Source of the DNA: Octopus sinensis
Taxonomy: Eukaryota
Length of the DNA: 64,000 nt
Assembly: GCF_006345805.1 (NCBI RefSeq)
Contig: NC_043008.1
Location: forward strand, 26,598,001-26,662,000
Direction: 5' to 3'
Positions 1-10,701 of this stretch are shown one piece after another. How positions within the stretch are numbered: position 1 is the stretch's first letter; each line of letters starts with the position of its first letter. The notes under the pieces are model-generated. The model was not told the DNA's origin. It saw nothing but the letters and a program-made list of their open reading frames with translations, and did not search any database. The position numbers and the translations under genes are program-made.

Positions 1-440
1 CTAATAACGAAATATTAGCACCAAGCAGTGTTTAGGCTTAATCAAAGTTTAGGTAAGTTAAAATATGTTTGTGACATATTTCAACAGGTAAAATTCACTG
101 CAGTTACCATAGAGAAAATATTTCTCTTATGGTAAAAAGGTGTGAAAGCAACCTATTTGTTCAGTGTCACCATCTGTCAGGATTCCCAGACATAGATGTT
201 TCAAGCTAGTTGGTTTTCATCAATTGGAAGTACCTAAGAGAGGCAACTCTGAACAAATCTTATAAAGCAGTAGCCTTATGTAAAATACAATGTTGACTGA
301 CTTGCACTGGTAGAGTGTCCAATCATGAAAAATAACAAAATATTAACATCAAGCAATGTTAATATATAAGCAAAGTTTATGCTAGTTTGAATAAGTTTTT
401 GACATATTTCAACTGCTAAAAGGCAATTTCACTGCAGTTA
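1..440. repeat. Diverged local duplication (about 1-110 vs 327-440)
   Basis: Shared blocks aataac(g/a)aaatatta(g/a)cac/tcaagca, gacatatttcaac and ttcactgcagtta recur about 330 bp apart. Confidence 0.6.
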
Positions 441-444
441 TTTT

Positions 445-620
445 GGGGGGTGGGGGAAGTTAATTACTTCAACCCTAGTGCTTAACTGGTACTTATTTCA
501 TCGACCTAAAAAAGGATGAAAGACAAAGTTACCCCAGCAGAATTTGAACTCAGAACATAAAGACAGATGAAATGCTGCTAAACATTTTGTCTAGGATACT
601 TATGATTCTGCCAGCTCCCT
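445..620 (-). mobile_element. tRNA-derived SINE, family A (Nin-domain-like)
   Basis: Reverse complement has B box gagttcaaattc followed by an actttgtctttcatcc...gtcgatgaaataagtaccag block; the same block recurs many times in the window. Confidence 0.75.
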
Positions 621-734
621 GTATAAATAATAATAATAGTTACAAATTTTGCAACAGGTGCAAAATTATAACCCCAGAGTTCAGCTGGTACATCAACCTC
701 AGTGTTCAGCTGGTACTTATTTTATCGACCATGC

Positions 735-1005
735 TAAAAATTTCATTGAACTCAACTGAGATCTGTCAATGCAATGCTGTAGGCTTCTTGATCCAGTACC
801 ATTGAACTTCGTCATATCCAGGAGCCTTCCAATTAGGAATCTTGCAGCACGGCATCTTGACCATCTTTTCTGTGATACTAACTTTGTCTTGGAACCTACC
901 TGTTGACTCTTGTTTCAGTTCACTAAGCTAATCTGCATCGAGTTTATGTGCCTATCCACAAGTCACTCCAAAATCTCTTATTTTCCTCTGCATTGAAGAG
1001 ACTAA
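735..1005 (-). mobile_element. R4/Dong-clade LINE fragment, pre-RT region, inverted relative to the adjacent fragment
   Basis: Minus-strand translation EENKRFWSDLW...ITEKMVKMPCCKIPNWKAPGYDEVQWYWIKK matches the NWKAPG motif also seen at about 51050 on the minus strand. Confidence 0.7.
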
Positions 1006-1009
1006 TTAT

Positions 1010-2200
1010 TAGTATCTTGGCATCCTGGAAACTGGCAGAATAAAAGGAAATGAGATGGAAAGGTTACACAAGAAAGAATAAATAAGACAATTGTCTTTAA
1101 TTCTCAAATCAAAATTAACTGCCATCAATATTTGGGCTGTATCAGTACTACAATAGGGAGAAAACAAGAGATAAACCAGATGGACCAAAAAACGAGGAAG
1201 AAAATGACAATGTATGGAGATTTACACCCTAAAAGTGATGTTCACAGGAAGGATATACTTACCATGAAAAGTTGGAGGAAGAGGTACAAAAGGCAGAAAA
1301 GATTGCTTGAAAAGTGAAGAAAATAGTCTTGGTTGGTATATTTGGAGCAACACAAAACCATTACTTAGGGGAGTTAAATTGGCTGGGATCACAGAAACAG
1401 AGTCATGCACTAACAAAGAGGAGTTAAAAAAAAATGAAATTGCAAAGACAAGATGATGCATGGACAGTTCCTAAGAGATATGGATAAAGACTCTAATTTT
1501 GGAAAGACGAAGGGGTGGAAGCTCTTAATTGTGCTGCTCAAGAACAAGCATTAAGAACTAGCTACATAAAATTCCAAATTGACAAAATAATTGAAAAACC
1601 TTTGTGCAAAATGTATGTGAAGTTCAGGGAAACCACAAACCACACTCTATATGAATGTAGCAGTTTGGCACAGTGAGAGTACAGGAGATGGCATGACAAT
1701 GTTGCTTGAATTGTACATTGAACTTTATGAAGGAAATACAACCTGGAATGAGCTGATAAGTGGTATGAACACCAGCCACTCACTGTAATGGAAAATGATA
1801 TGGTGAAAATGCTATGGAATTTCAATGCACAATGTGACAAGGTGATTGAGGTAAATTGACCTGATTTGATCCTGATTGACAAGGAAGAAAGACATTGCTG
1901 GATTATTGATATCGCTATCCCAGGAGGTATCCACGTAGTAGAGAAAGAGGACAAGGTAGATAGGTGCCAAGATTTGAAACATGAAAAAAGTGGTGGTTAT
2001 ACCTGTTGCGATAGGGGCACTTGTAACTATGACAAGCCAATATAAGGAGTGACTTGGCAAACTTGGGCTCACTATAAAAACTGAGATTCTCCAAAAAACA
2101 GCACTACTTGGAACAGCCAAGATTTTAAGAAGAGTTCTGTCAATGTAACTGAAATGAGAAAGTTGACAGGACCCATGGTCATTAGTTGCGATCCACTTCT
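1010..2200 (+). mobile_element. R4/Dong-clade RLE LINE, decayed 3' half (RT thumb, CCHC knuckle, restriction-like endonuclease)
   Basis: Broken frames give YLGILE, ICAAQEQALRT, KPLCKM...ETTNHTLYECSSLAQ, PDLILIDK...IIDIAIP, IGAL, QKTALLGTAKILRRVLSM*; many stops and frameshifts. Confidence 0.85.
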
Positions 2201-2289
2201 GATCAATTCTAACACCAGGTTATTAATCTTACTATGCATAAGTAAAATATGAATATATATATATATATATATATATATGACTCTTCCAT

Positions 2290-2535
2290 TTTTCTCATCC
2301 TCCTTTTACCTATCTTCTTTCTATTTGCACTTTTCTCTTTTTGTTGCCACCAATCGCCGGTGATTTTCCTTCTCCATCTTCCCTTCTTTGAACTTTTTCC
2401 AAATTTCTGATGAAGAGCTCTGCTCCAAATGTGAAATCTTCTTTCTTTTCTTTCCTTTCCTTTCCTGTGTGTCCAATAACACTGTACTTATTCCATGTCC
2501 TTGTGTCGTTGTTTTTCTTCTTGTTCATGTTTGGA
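2290..2535 (+). mobile_element. Penelope-like terminal-repeat remnant with a degenerate minimal hammerhead motif
   Basis: attt-CTGATGA-a-gagc-tct-gctc-(c)aaa-tgtg-aaat at 2403-2437; flanked by (TA)n on both sides. Confidence 0.5.
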
Positions 2536-2549
2536 TTGATTATATATAC

Positions 2550-2562
<13 letters not shown>

Positions 2563-2581
<19 letters not shown>

Positions 2582-5010
2582 GAAATTATTGTATACAGTG
2601 CTCAGGTGCACCACAAGTTCTTGTCAAACAGTGCTTATAAAGTATATGTAGTAATGTACAAATGTCTGGAAAGCGAACAGTGTATGAGTCAGATACATGC
2701 TTATGTGTGTATGGAGGGGAGAAAATCAGGTGTAGTGTTGGCAAATCTCAGGAAGCATGGAAGTTTTGAAGGATGCAGTGCTCCAACAACTAACTACTGA
2801 TGCCGGCAGTCTGTTCCATGCTTCAGCAACTCTTAGCATGAAAAATGTTTCCGAAAGTCATGGGAGCTGTGCTGTTTTCTGACTTTGTAAACATGTCCAC
2901 AGGTGTTAGACAGGTGGAGTTTGAAAAGGTGCTCAGAGTTATTGTTAGTAAGATGGCTAATAATTTTATGGGTGTCTGCCAAGTCAGCTGCCAGACGTCG
3001 GAATTTCAATGTGTCCATGCCCAGGGAAGTAAGGCATTCAGAATATGGCAGATGCCTGATTGAGGGTATTCTCTTGGTTGCACCTCAATGAACGGCTTCC
3101 AGACGATTAATATTCTGGGCAAGATAGGGGTTCCAGACTGGTGATGCAAATTCCAGGTGAGGTTGTACCATAGCTATATAAAGCCGCAAATAGATAGCTG
3201 GAGAGCAGCTCACAAAGGACTTGGTGAGTGATGACAAGACACCCTCAGCCTTCTTGGCACTTTTAGCAATGTGTTTTGTCCAATGCAAATCGCTGTCGAC
3301 AATAACGCCCAGGTCACGTTCACACGAAGACTTTTTGAGATTAGTGTTGTGGAGGGAGTAAGTAGACGCTGGGTTTTTCCTCCCAAAATGCATGGTGGTA
3401 CATTTGTCCACAGCCAGCTTGAGTTGCCAGTCCATGATCCACTGCTGCATTGTGTCCAGGTCTGATTGCAACAGAGATATATTGTGTACAGGATCTGACC
3501 TCTTTATTTTGAGGTACAGCTTGATGTCATCTGCATATTTCAGCACTGTGGCATTCTTTAAGTTGGCTTCTATGTCATTAACATATGCAACAAATAAAAG
3601 GGGGCCAAGAACAGTTCCCTGTGGTACACCAGATGTCATCTGATAGGGTGAAGAGTGCTGTCCTAGAACTGTGACAACCTCTTTTCGGGCGATAATAAAG
3701 GACTTCAACCAGTTATAGAGATCATATCTTACACCCAACGCAGAGAGTTTCACCATAAGTCTTTTGTGTGGCACAGAGTTAAAAGCCTTAGCAAAGTCCA
3801 GGTAAACAACATCCACCCAGGATCCGTGATCAGTGATTTGGGTAATGTCCTCAAGAAACTCAATGAGCTGATTACAGCAGCTGGAGTTAGGAATAAAACC
3901 AAATTGTGACGGCTGGATGAGGCTGTGAGACTTCCAGAAGTTCCAGAGGGTTTCCCTGACACAGGATTCCATCAGTTTGGTGATGCAGCTAGTAAGACTA
4001 ACGGGGCGATAGTTGACAGGTGATGTGCGGTCACCTTTTTTGAACAGAGGGATAACACTGGCAGTTTTCCACTACTCTGGAGTAACATCATTGTCAAGAC
4101 AGAATTGGAAGAATAGTGAAAGTTGATTTAGAAGAAAGTACCCACCGTGTTTGAGAAGTAGGTACGTAATACCAGCAAAACCAGGAGAGGCATAGTTGCG
4201 TTTATTCTTAAGGTGGCATTGTAGCATTGCTGGAGTAAATTTCATAGTAGATACAGATGCCAGTGTCAGAGGTGATGGAGATGGAACATTTTGATCTTTG
4301 ACAGTAAAGATGCCTGCATAGCATCCAGCAATGATTTCTGCACATTCTTTGGGATTGCCAGTAATCTGCCCTGTGTGAGGATTGCGAAGGGGACCAACTG
4401 GAGAGTGTACTGCTTTGAGTGTACGTACTTCCAGAACACTTTGCTGTCAGGGTTTGTGCTATGCATTGTTCGAATTCAAGCTCTGCCTATTTTGTCACAT
4501 GCTTCATTCAGGTGGTTGGCTGATCTATTGCGCTTTTACCTGTTGATCTCTGATTTGTGCAATTTGTATTCCTGTTCAGCATTATGGCATTCTTTCCTGG
4601 CAAATTGGACTGCTGCAGTCTCCCAAATTGCAATATTGGGTGGGTTTTTTTGTGCTCGCGTGGTACTAATGCTGCACATGCCACCCATATTGAATTCAGA
4701 ATGTTCTGAAGTATAATGTTCACATCTCCAGAGGCATAAACTTCGAGCCAGTTTTGGCGTCTCAGCTCAGTACAATAAGAGCTCCAGTCTGCTTTATTCC
4801 AGTCAAAGTGGGCAGTTTGGAGGTGGTTGTGGTTTTTGTTACAGCCAATCAGAGACAAGTCGGCCATGATCATGGAATGATCAGAGTCACCTGAAGGTTC
4901 TTCAGTAGTGACACTAATAATTGTTTCAGGAGAAGCAGTAAGTAGCAGATCCAAAGTGTTGTTACACCTTGTGGGGGAGGTAATGACTTGGGACCAATTT
5001 CAATTCAGCA
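2563..5010 (-). mobile_element. CR1-clade LINE, 5'-truncated (end of APE endonuclease plus RT)
   Basis: ORF 3085-3972 has QFGF, VYLDFAKAFNSV, SGVPQGTVLGPLLF, YADD, DLGV; upstream PLFKKGDRTSPVNYRPVSLTS; ORF 4508-4954 has LDLLL...SDH (APE C-terminus); (TTA)n tail at 2563-2582. Confidence 0.92.
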
Positions 5011-5013
5011 CCA

Positions 5014-5048
<35 letters not shown>

Positions 5049-6439
5049 AATACATATGTATACATCAATGCATAGAGTTGTTTTACAGTTGTTTTGTGGA
5101 AATTGTTTATCCATATCTGTTTAATTATTGTATGTTCGATTTCACTTTTTCAAAATTTTCAGTTTCTGTTGAGGTCTTCTTTTAAACTTTAACACTTTCC
5201 ATTATAACAATTGTTTCTGCCTCATCATGCAACATTTGAGTAGCGTTACAAGTTGCTTCTGTTAGGGGACAGGCTGTTTGAGAGCTTGCTTTTAGTATTA
5301 GACATAAAGCAATTTCTCCTACCATTCCTATAGTTTTGACTGATGGTATTCTCAGAAATGGCTTTTGTTGTTCTTGATGCTGATTTGACTGGTCCCTATT
5401 ACTTTACATTTTCTATTTCTTGCTTAGTTCTTCCAGATCTTCAAGGGCTCTAATTGCTTTTTATTACAATTTTGCATCTAAGATTTTACTCTTATAATAA
5501 ATCGCATGCCCTTTGTCTTGGCAACTGCAACTGTACAACAATACACAGTTCTAATATTGCTTTATAGCATTCAGGGTCATTAGGACAGGTAAATCCATTT
5601 TGATGTCTCCTGATTACATATTGCTTCCCATTATCTCTGCTTAACCACTTACCTATGACAACAATACAAAACCAATGACTAACCAAAGATCTACATAGTT
5701 TCTGACATCTTTTATTGTCACTCTTGTATTTTTCCCCCTTGCTATAGTTTTGCCTTTTTTGGTTGAGAGGAACCTATTCTAAGGTCTTCTGAAGTGCTGT
5801 TGTAATTCATGTTGTGAGGGTAGATTCAATCCTTTACTATCTGTCCTAAATTGCAAAAATATAATTTTTTTCTCTTTGTTTCCTCTTGGATTGTAGCAAA
5901 GAAATACTGTTTGGTCTTAAAAATTCCTCCAAACAATTTTTCCTTTGAGCTGTGTTAAAATTTTAAAATTCTATTTGTTTAGTTTGTTGTATGATTAAGA
6001 CAAGATTAGCATTAACACAAATTCTATGAGTGATTTAAAGTTTTGCTGTTGATATTATGATTATCACTGTCATCAAAATTACCATTAGATTACGTGGAAT
6101 ATTTTTTATTAACTAATTGTTCATTTAAATGTTAAGTTCTCTTCTTTTTGTTTGTTCAGCTGTATTTTGTTTTTGCATTGTATTTCTTTGTTAGCTGTTA
6201 CAAGAATTTCCATGCATCATATCTGTGTTTGGTTGCCAATTTGAAAATGAAAAATCAGGAAACAATCATTAAGTGCAAGCTTTCCTTATAATAGTCTATT
6301 GGTGAGTGTCTAAAACAGGCTTTCTTCAGAGTATTATTAGTCCTTTTTAGCATGTGCTCCAAGAAAATTTTATTTAGTAATGCTATACAAATAGTTTCAG
6401 GGCAAAAACTTCAAGAATCAATAATAATGATAATAATAA

Positions 6440-6720
6440 TAAAAGAAAAAGTGAAGTTGCTTACTAACTCATCCATCATGTCCATTTGATTCCAGGATTA
6501 AGAAAAATTTTTAAATACAATCCCTTAAAATTTTAAATTGTGAGAATTTGGAATAAGAAAACTGCAAAGTTTGTACTTGTAATAATTGGTGCATTAAGAA
6601 CTATGGCCAATGATATAGACAAGCAGTTGAAGGAGATTACTACAGAAGCTTTACCTCTTAGATAGGAAAGATTATCGGTTGGATTTTGTGCACTTGAAAG
6701 ATTATTGAAAGCTTGTGGAT
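6440..6720 (+). mobile_element. R4/Dong-like endonuclease C-terminal fragment
   Basis: KYNPLKF*IVRIWNKKTAKFVLVIIGALRTMANDIDKQLKEI; immediately preceded by (TAA)n at 6421-6442. Confidence 0.6.
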
Positions 6721-6734
6721 ATCTAAATTTACAG

Positions 6735-7497
6735 GTTGTAAAAGTTCAGAAGTATGGAGCATGGGTTCTGCATATTTTAAGTGAAAACAACAAAAATCAA
6801 CAAGCCACAATCTCCGCTGGCTTACTTGCTAGTTACCGCTCAACTCATGGACACAAGAAATGATTTCTTTACCGAATCATTATTGGCGATGAAAAATGAT
6901 GCCTGTACATCAATATGAAGCAGCATAAGGAATGGCTTAGTCCTGGTAAACAAGTGACACCGCGCGTAAAACAAGATCTTCATCTGCATAAAATGATGAT
7001 GTGCATATGGTGGGACTGAGAAGGGATTCTACATTACGAATTGCTTGAACTGAACCAAACGGTTAATGAAGAACTCTATGTTCTACAGATGGAATGACTC
7101 AACATGGCTATTTAAGAGAAAAGACCTAATCGGCAGCATGAAGTTCTGCTGTCCGACAACGCCTGCCCTCATATTGCCAAATGTATGGCTGGGAATTGCT
7201 GCCACACCTACCATACTCTCCTGATTTGGCACCAATGGGTTTCCACCTCTTTTGATCTCTTTCAAATGCTATGCACAGAGTTTTGTTCAATACTGATGCA
7301 AAATTGAGAGGTTGGTTCGATCAAGTTTTCTAGTCGAAGTTGGGTGATTTCTACCAGTGAAATATTGAAAATCTTGTTGAACGTTGGGAAGAAGTTGTAA
7401 ACAACAAGGGTGAATACATTATTGATTAATTAGTGTTACTTTTTATTAAACCATTTAAAAAATTAAAAATCATGGGAACTTAGTTGCCAACACAGTA
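6735..7497 (+). mobile_element. Mariner (DD34D-type) transposon, 5'-truncated, decayed
   Basis: GAWVLHILSE (WVPHEL-like), RIIIGDEK, CIWWD, DNA.PH, LPYSPDLAP, ERWEEVVNNKGEYIID*; right TIR-like gggaacttagttgccaacacagta. Confidence 0.9.
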
Positions 7498-7544
7498 TAT
7501 TATATATATAGAAGGTTGAAACGGAACACATGATTTGATATATA

Positions 7545-7939
7545 TGGAAAAAAGTCAAGGTAGAAAATGCTAAAATAATTTTATAAAAAGCATTTCAGTA
7601 CCGGTTTTAGTCATTGAAACATTTTCAACTCTAAGTATGGAAAACAAATTTTGGAAATATTAAAAGAAAAGTTTTTTTAAAAAATATTTGCATAGTATTC
7701 AAATACAAGGGGCATTTTCCTTGTTTCTGCCTGTCTCTGTCTCTCTTGAGACAAAGACAGACAAGAAAATGCCCCTTGTATTTGAATACTATGCAAATAT
7801 TCTTTTAAAAAACTTTTCTTTTAATTTTTCCAAAATATGTTTTCTATACTTAGAGTTGAAAAAGTCTCAGTGACTGAAACCGGTGCTGAAATGTTTTTAA
7901 TAAAATTATTTTAGCATTTTCTACCTTGAATTTTTACCA
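7545..7939. mobile_element. Foldback MITE (arms about 190 bp, TA flanks)
   Basis: tggaaaaaagtcaaggtag.../...ctaccttgaatttttacca; a 34-bp perfect inverted stretch begins at 7685; TA/(TA)n on both sides. Confidence 0.85.
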
Positions 7940-7959
7940 TATATATATATATATATATA

Positions 7960-8189
7960 TTATATAAAATCTGTTCTGTCTGTCTGTGTCTTCTAGGATC
8001 TTAGGCATCCTCCATACGATTGCACTCAAATTTGATATGTAGATACTGACGGTATCAGAGTGTGTATTAGTCTTTAAAAAATTACAAAAATCGATTCAAG
8101 GTGAGAAGGCGATCGATAAAGCCGTGGGAACAAGCATTTGTACGAGCAAGTACATCAGGAATGTGATTTACAAGGCTGCGCTCCACTAG
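7960..8189 (+). mobile_element. Possible non-autonomous Helitron-like fragment
   Basis: tataaaatctgttctgtctgtctgtgtc...ccatacgattgcactcaaatttgatatg 5' pattern and a CTAG at 8186-8189. Confidence 0.35.
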
Positions 8190-9391
8190 CTTTTCCATGC
8201 CCTTGAACATCCCGTAAAGTAAGTTAGCTGAAAATTAGTTACTTAGTTCCCTAGGTTGTTGCTTTTCATAAAAAATCGCCACACGTTGATTTCCTACATG
8301 TTTTATAGGATAAACTTATTATTGTCCCAGGTATGTTCTCATAAATTCATCATGCTTTTCCATCTAGATTTACCTCCAGCTAACTCATTTGCATGCATCA
8401 TTTTTGTCCGGCTTTTCTTCTGTCAACCTGTACATAACTGCACCTTCCATTTTTTGTTGTTTTTGTACTGCTTAAAGGCACGTTTCTTTACTGCCAAGCT
8501 TACTATTTAAACCATGTTTGTGTTCTCCCAGTCAACAGCCTTATCATTACTGGTACTTTAAACTCTTTGGTTGCACATTTATGTGAATAAAATCGTTTTT
8601 CTTTGAAATAGAAAAAGTCTATCTTTATTTCTTCTTTTGCTGGTGTCTCAAATTTAGGTTAAATCAGTGTTTCTCAAAGGGGAGGCCTATGGGACAGTCG
8701 GACAAGTTGTTTTAAGAAAATTTGGTTTAAATGTTTGACAACTCAGCAACATCCATTGGATGGGGGGCAATTTGCACGTATATATATATATATATATGTA
8801 AGTATGTATATATTGTATGATAGATTATTTAACACAGAAAAAACTCTATTGCAAATCACAAATACTGGCATTTCAGGCTAGGGTCAGAAAATCTTTATGT
8901 CCCCTTCTAAATATTAACCTACAAAGCTGAGGTGAGACACACAACAAAGTGTTGATTTACATCTGGAGTGGTGCTGCTGCTATACATTCTGCATCTAAAA
9001 ACTGTCACCCAATTGAGTGCATCCACACATTGCCCTAACTACTCACATATGTACTCTCTCTCCTCTCACAAACTTTTCTTCTGCTACTCTAAATGCCTCA
9101 GCTCCTCTGTGAAGGGTGGTCTTATATCACCTTTATTTAAGTGATCTCAACTCATTTGTCTCTTCTAATCTCTTCACCTTTATAGCATCCACTCCCAAGG
9201 GCCAACACAAGCCACTAAGCGGCCATTTCTTCCCAGAACTTTGATCCTTTGCAATTCACTCATCTTTTCTTAATGTTGTCAGCTCACAAATTTTCAAGAG
9301 AAACATTAAACAATTTTAATTCCCCTGGTCTCAGAAAGTTTGCAAAGGCTATGGGCAGAATCCTCTCATTCAAACTAAACTAATTAAAGTA

Positions 9392-9429
<38 letters not shown>

Positions 9430-9430
<1 letters not shown>

Positions 9431-9559
9431 GGAGTAAACACATAAATGTGAAACAAGGTGGAAAAATGAGTACTCAAATACCAGTGGTAGAGTAATATGC
9501 TTTATTTAAAGCAGCAGAAAATTCAACAAAAATTCGAATTTTCTGCTGCTTTAAATAAA

Positions 9560-9560
<1 letters not shown>
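9430..9560. repeat. Repeat remnant ending in a perfect 25-bp hairpin, between (TA)n tracts
   Basis: ctttatttaaagcagcagaaaattc (9500-9524) / gaattttctgctgctttaaataaag (9536-9560). Confidence 0.75.
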
Positions 9561-9594
<34 letters not shown>

Positions 9595-9597
<3 letters not shown>

Positions 9598-10701
9598 GGG
9601 TTGGACATAATAATAGAAACACCTAACACCATACCATCATAATTTTGAAATATCTATAAAACTGTCAATGACAGATTTATTGGAATTTCAAAGAGGTCAA
9701 ATTGTTAGTGCTCGTATGGCAGGCACTATCATAATGGAAACAGCCGAAATATTTGGTGCATCAAGAAGTACTGTCTTGAAAGTAATGACAGCCTTTGTGA
9801 AAGAGGGATAAACCTCCTTGTTGAAACAAAACTCCAGAAGAAAACCAAAACTTTCAAATACGGACCGTCAAACTCTTAATCAAATTGTTAGAAAGGATCA
9901 CAAATGTACGTTCCCAAAATTACTGCAGAGCTTAATGACCACCTCAAGAGCCCAGTTTCCACAAAAACTGTTAATTAGGAGCTGCACAAAGCCAGATTTC
10001 ATGTGAGAGGTGCAATCAGAAAACAACTACTTTGAAAAACAAACGATGCAAAACCTTTAGATTGGAGTAAAAACCTACAGAATTGGTCACTAGGGCAGTG
10101 GAAAAATGTCATTTTCTTGGATGAGTCATCCGTTCCCTTATTTCTGACCACTGGCTAAGTATATGTGTGGAGACAGCCAAAAGAAGCATTTGACCCAGAC
10201 TGCCTTCTTCCAACTGTTAAACATGGAGGAGGATCTGTGATGATCTGGGGTGGGGCTATATCTTGGAAATCTGCTGGCCCAATGGTTTCCCTTTATGGCA
10301 GAATTAATAGTCAACATTATTTAAACATTTTATCTGATCAAATTCACCCTGTGTTTGCAGAACTGTTTCTGGAGGGAAGCACAATCTTTCAGGATGATAA
10401 TGCACCAATTCACACAGCTAAAGTTGTTACTGAATAGTGTGAGGAACATTCTAGTGAAGTTGAAGATCTTATCTGGCCACCACAGTCCCCAGATCTGAAT
10501 ATTGTTGAACATTTATGGTGCATTTTAGAAAAACAAGTAAGGAGACGATATCATCCAACATCAACACTATGTGAACTAGAGACTGTTTTAGCTGAAGAAT
10601 GGATAAAAATTCCTTTGGAAACAATTCAAACTTTGTATGGATCCATACCTCATAGAATTTAATCTGCAGTAACTGCCAAAGGCGGTCCTACTCCATATTA
10701 A
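9595..10701 (+). mobile_element. Tc1-like transposon with DD36E transposase (pseudogenised CDS 9668-10701); right TIR missing
   Basis: TA|CAGGGGTTGGACA left TIR; MTDLLEFQRGQIV..., IFLDESS, TVKHGGGSVMIWG, FQDDNAPIH, WPPQSPDLNIVE, KGGPTPY*; 36 codons between the second D and the E; internal stops and at least one frameshift. Confidence 0.92.

Noticed and set aside
5190-5700. Coding-looking minus-strand remnants (C/H-rich, faintly SWIM-like)
   Set aside because: Multiple frame breaks; cannot assign without a profile search
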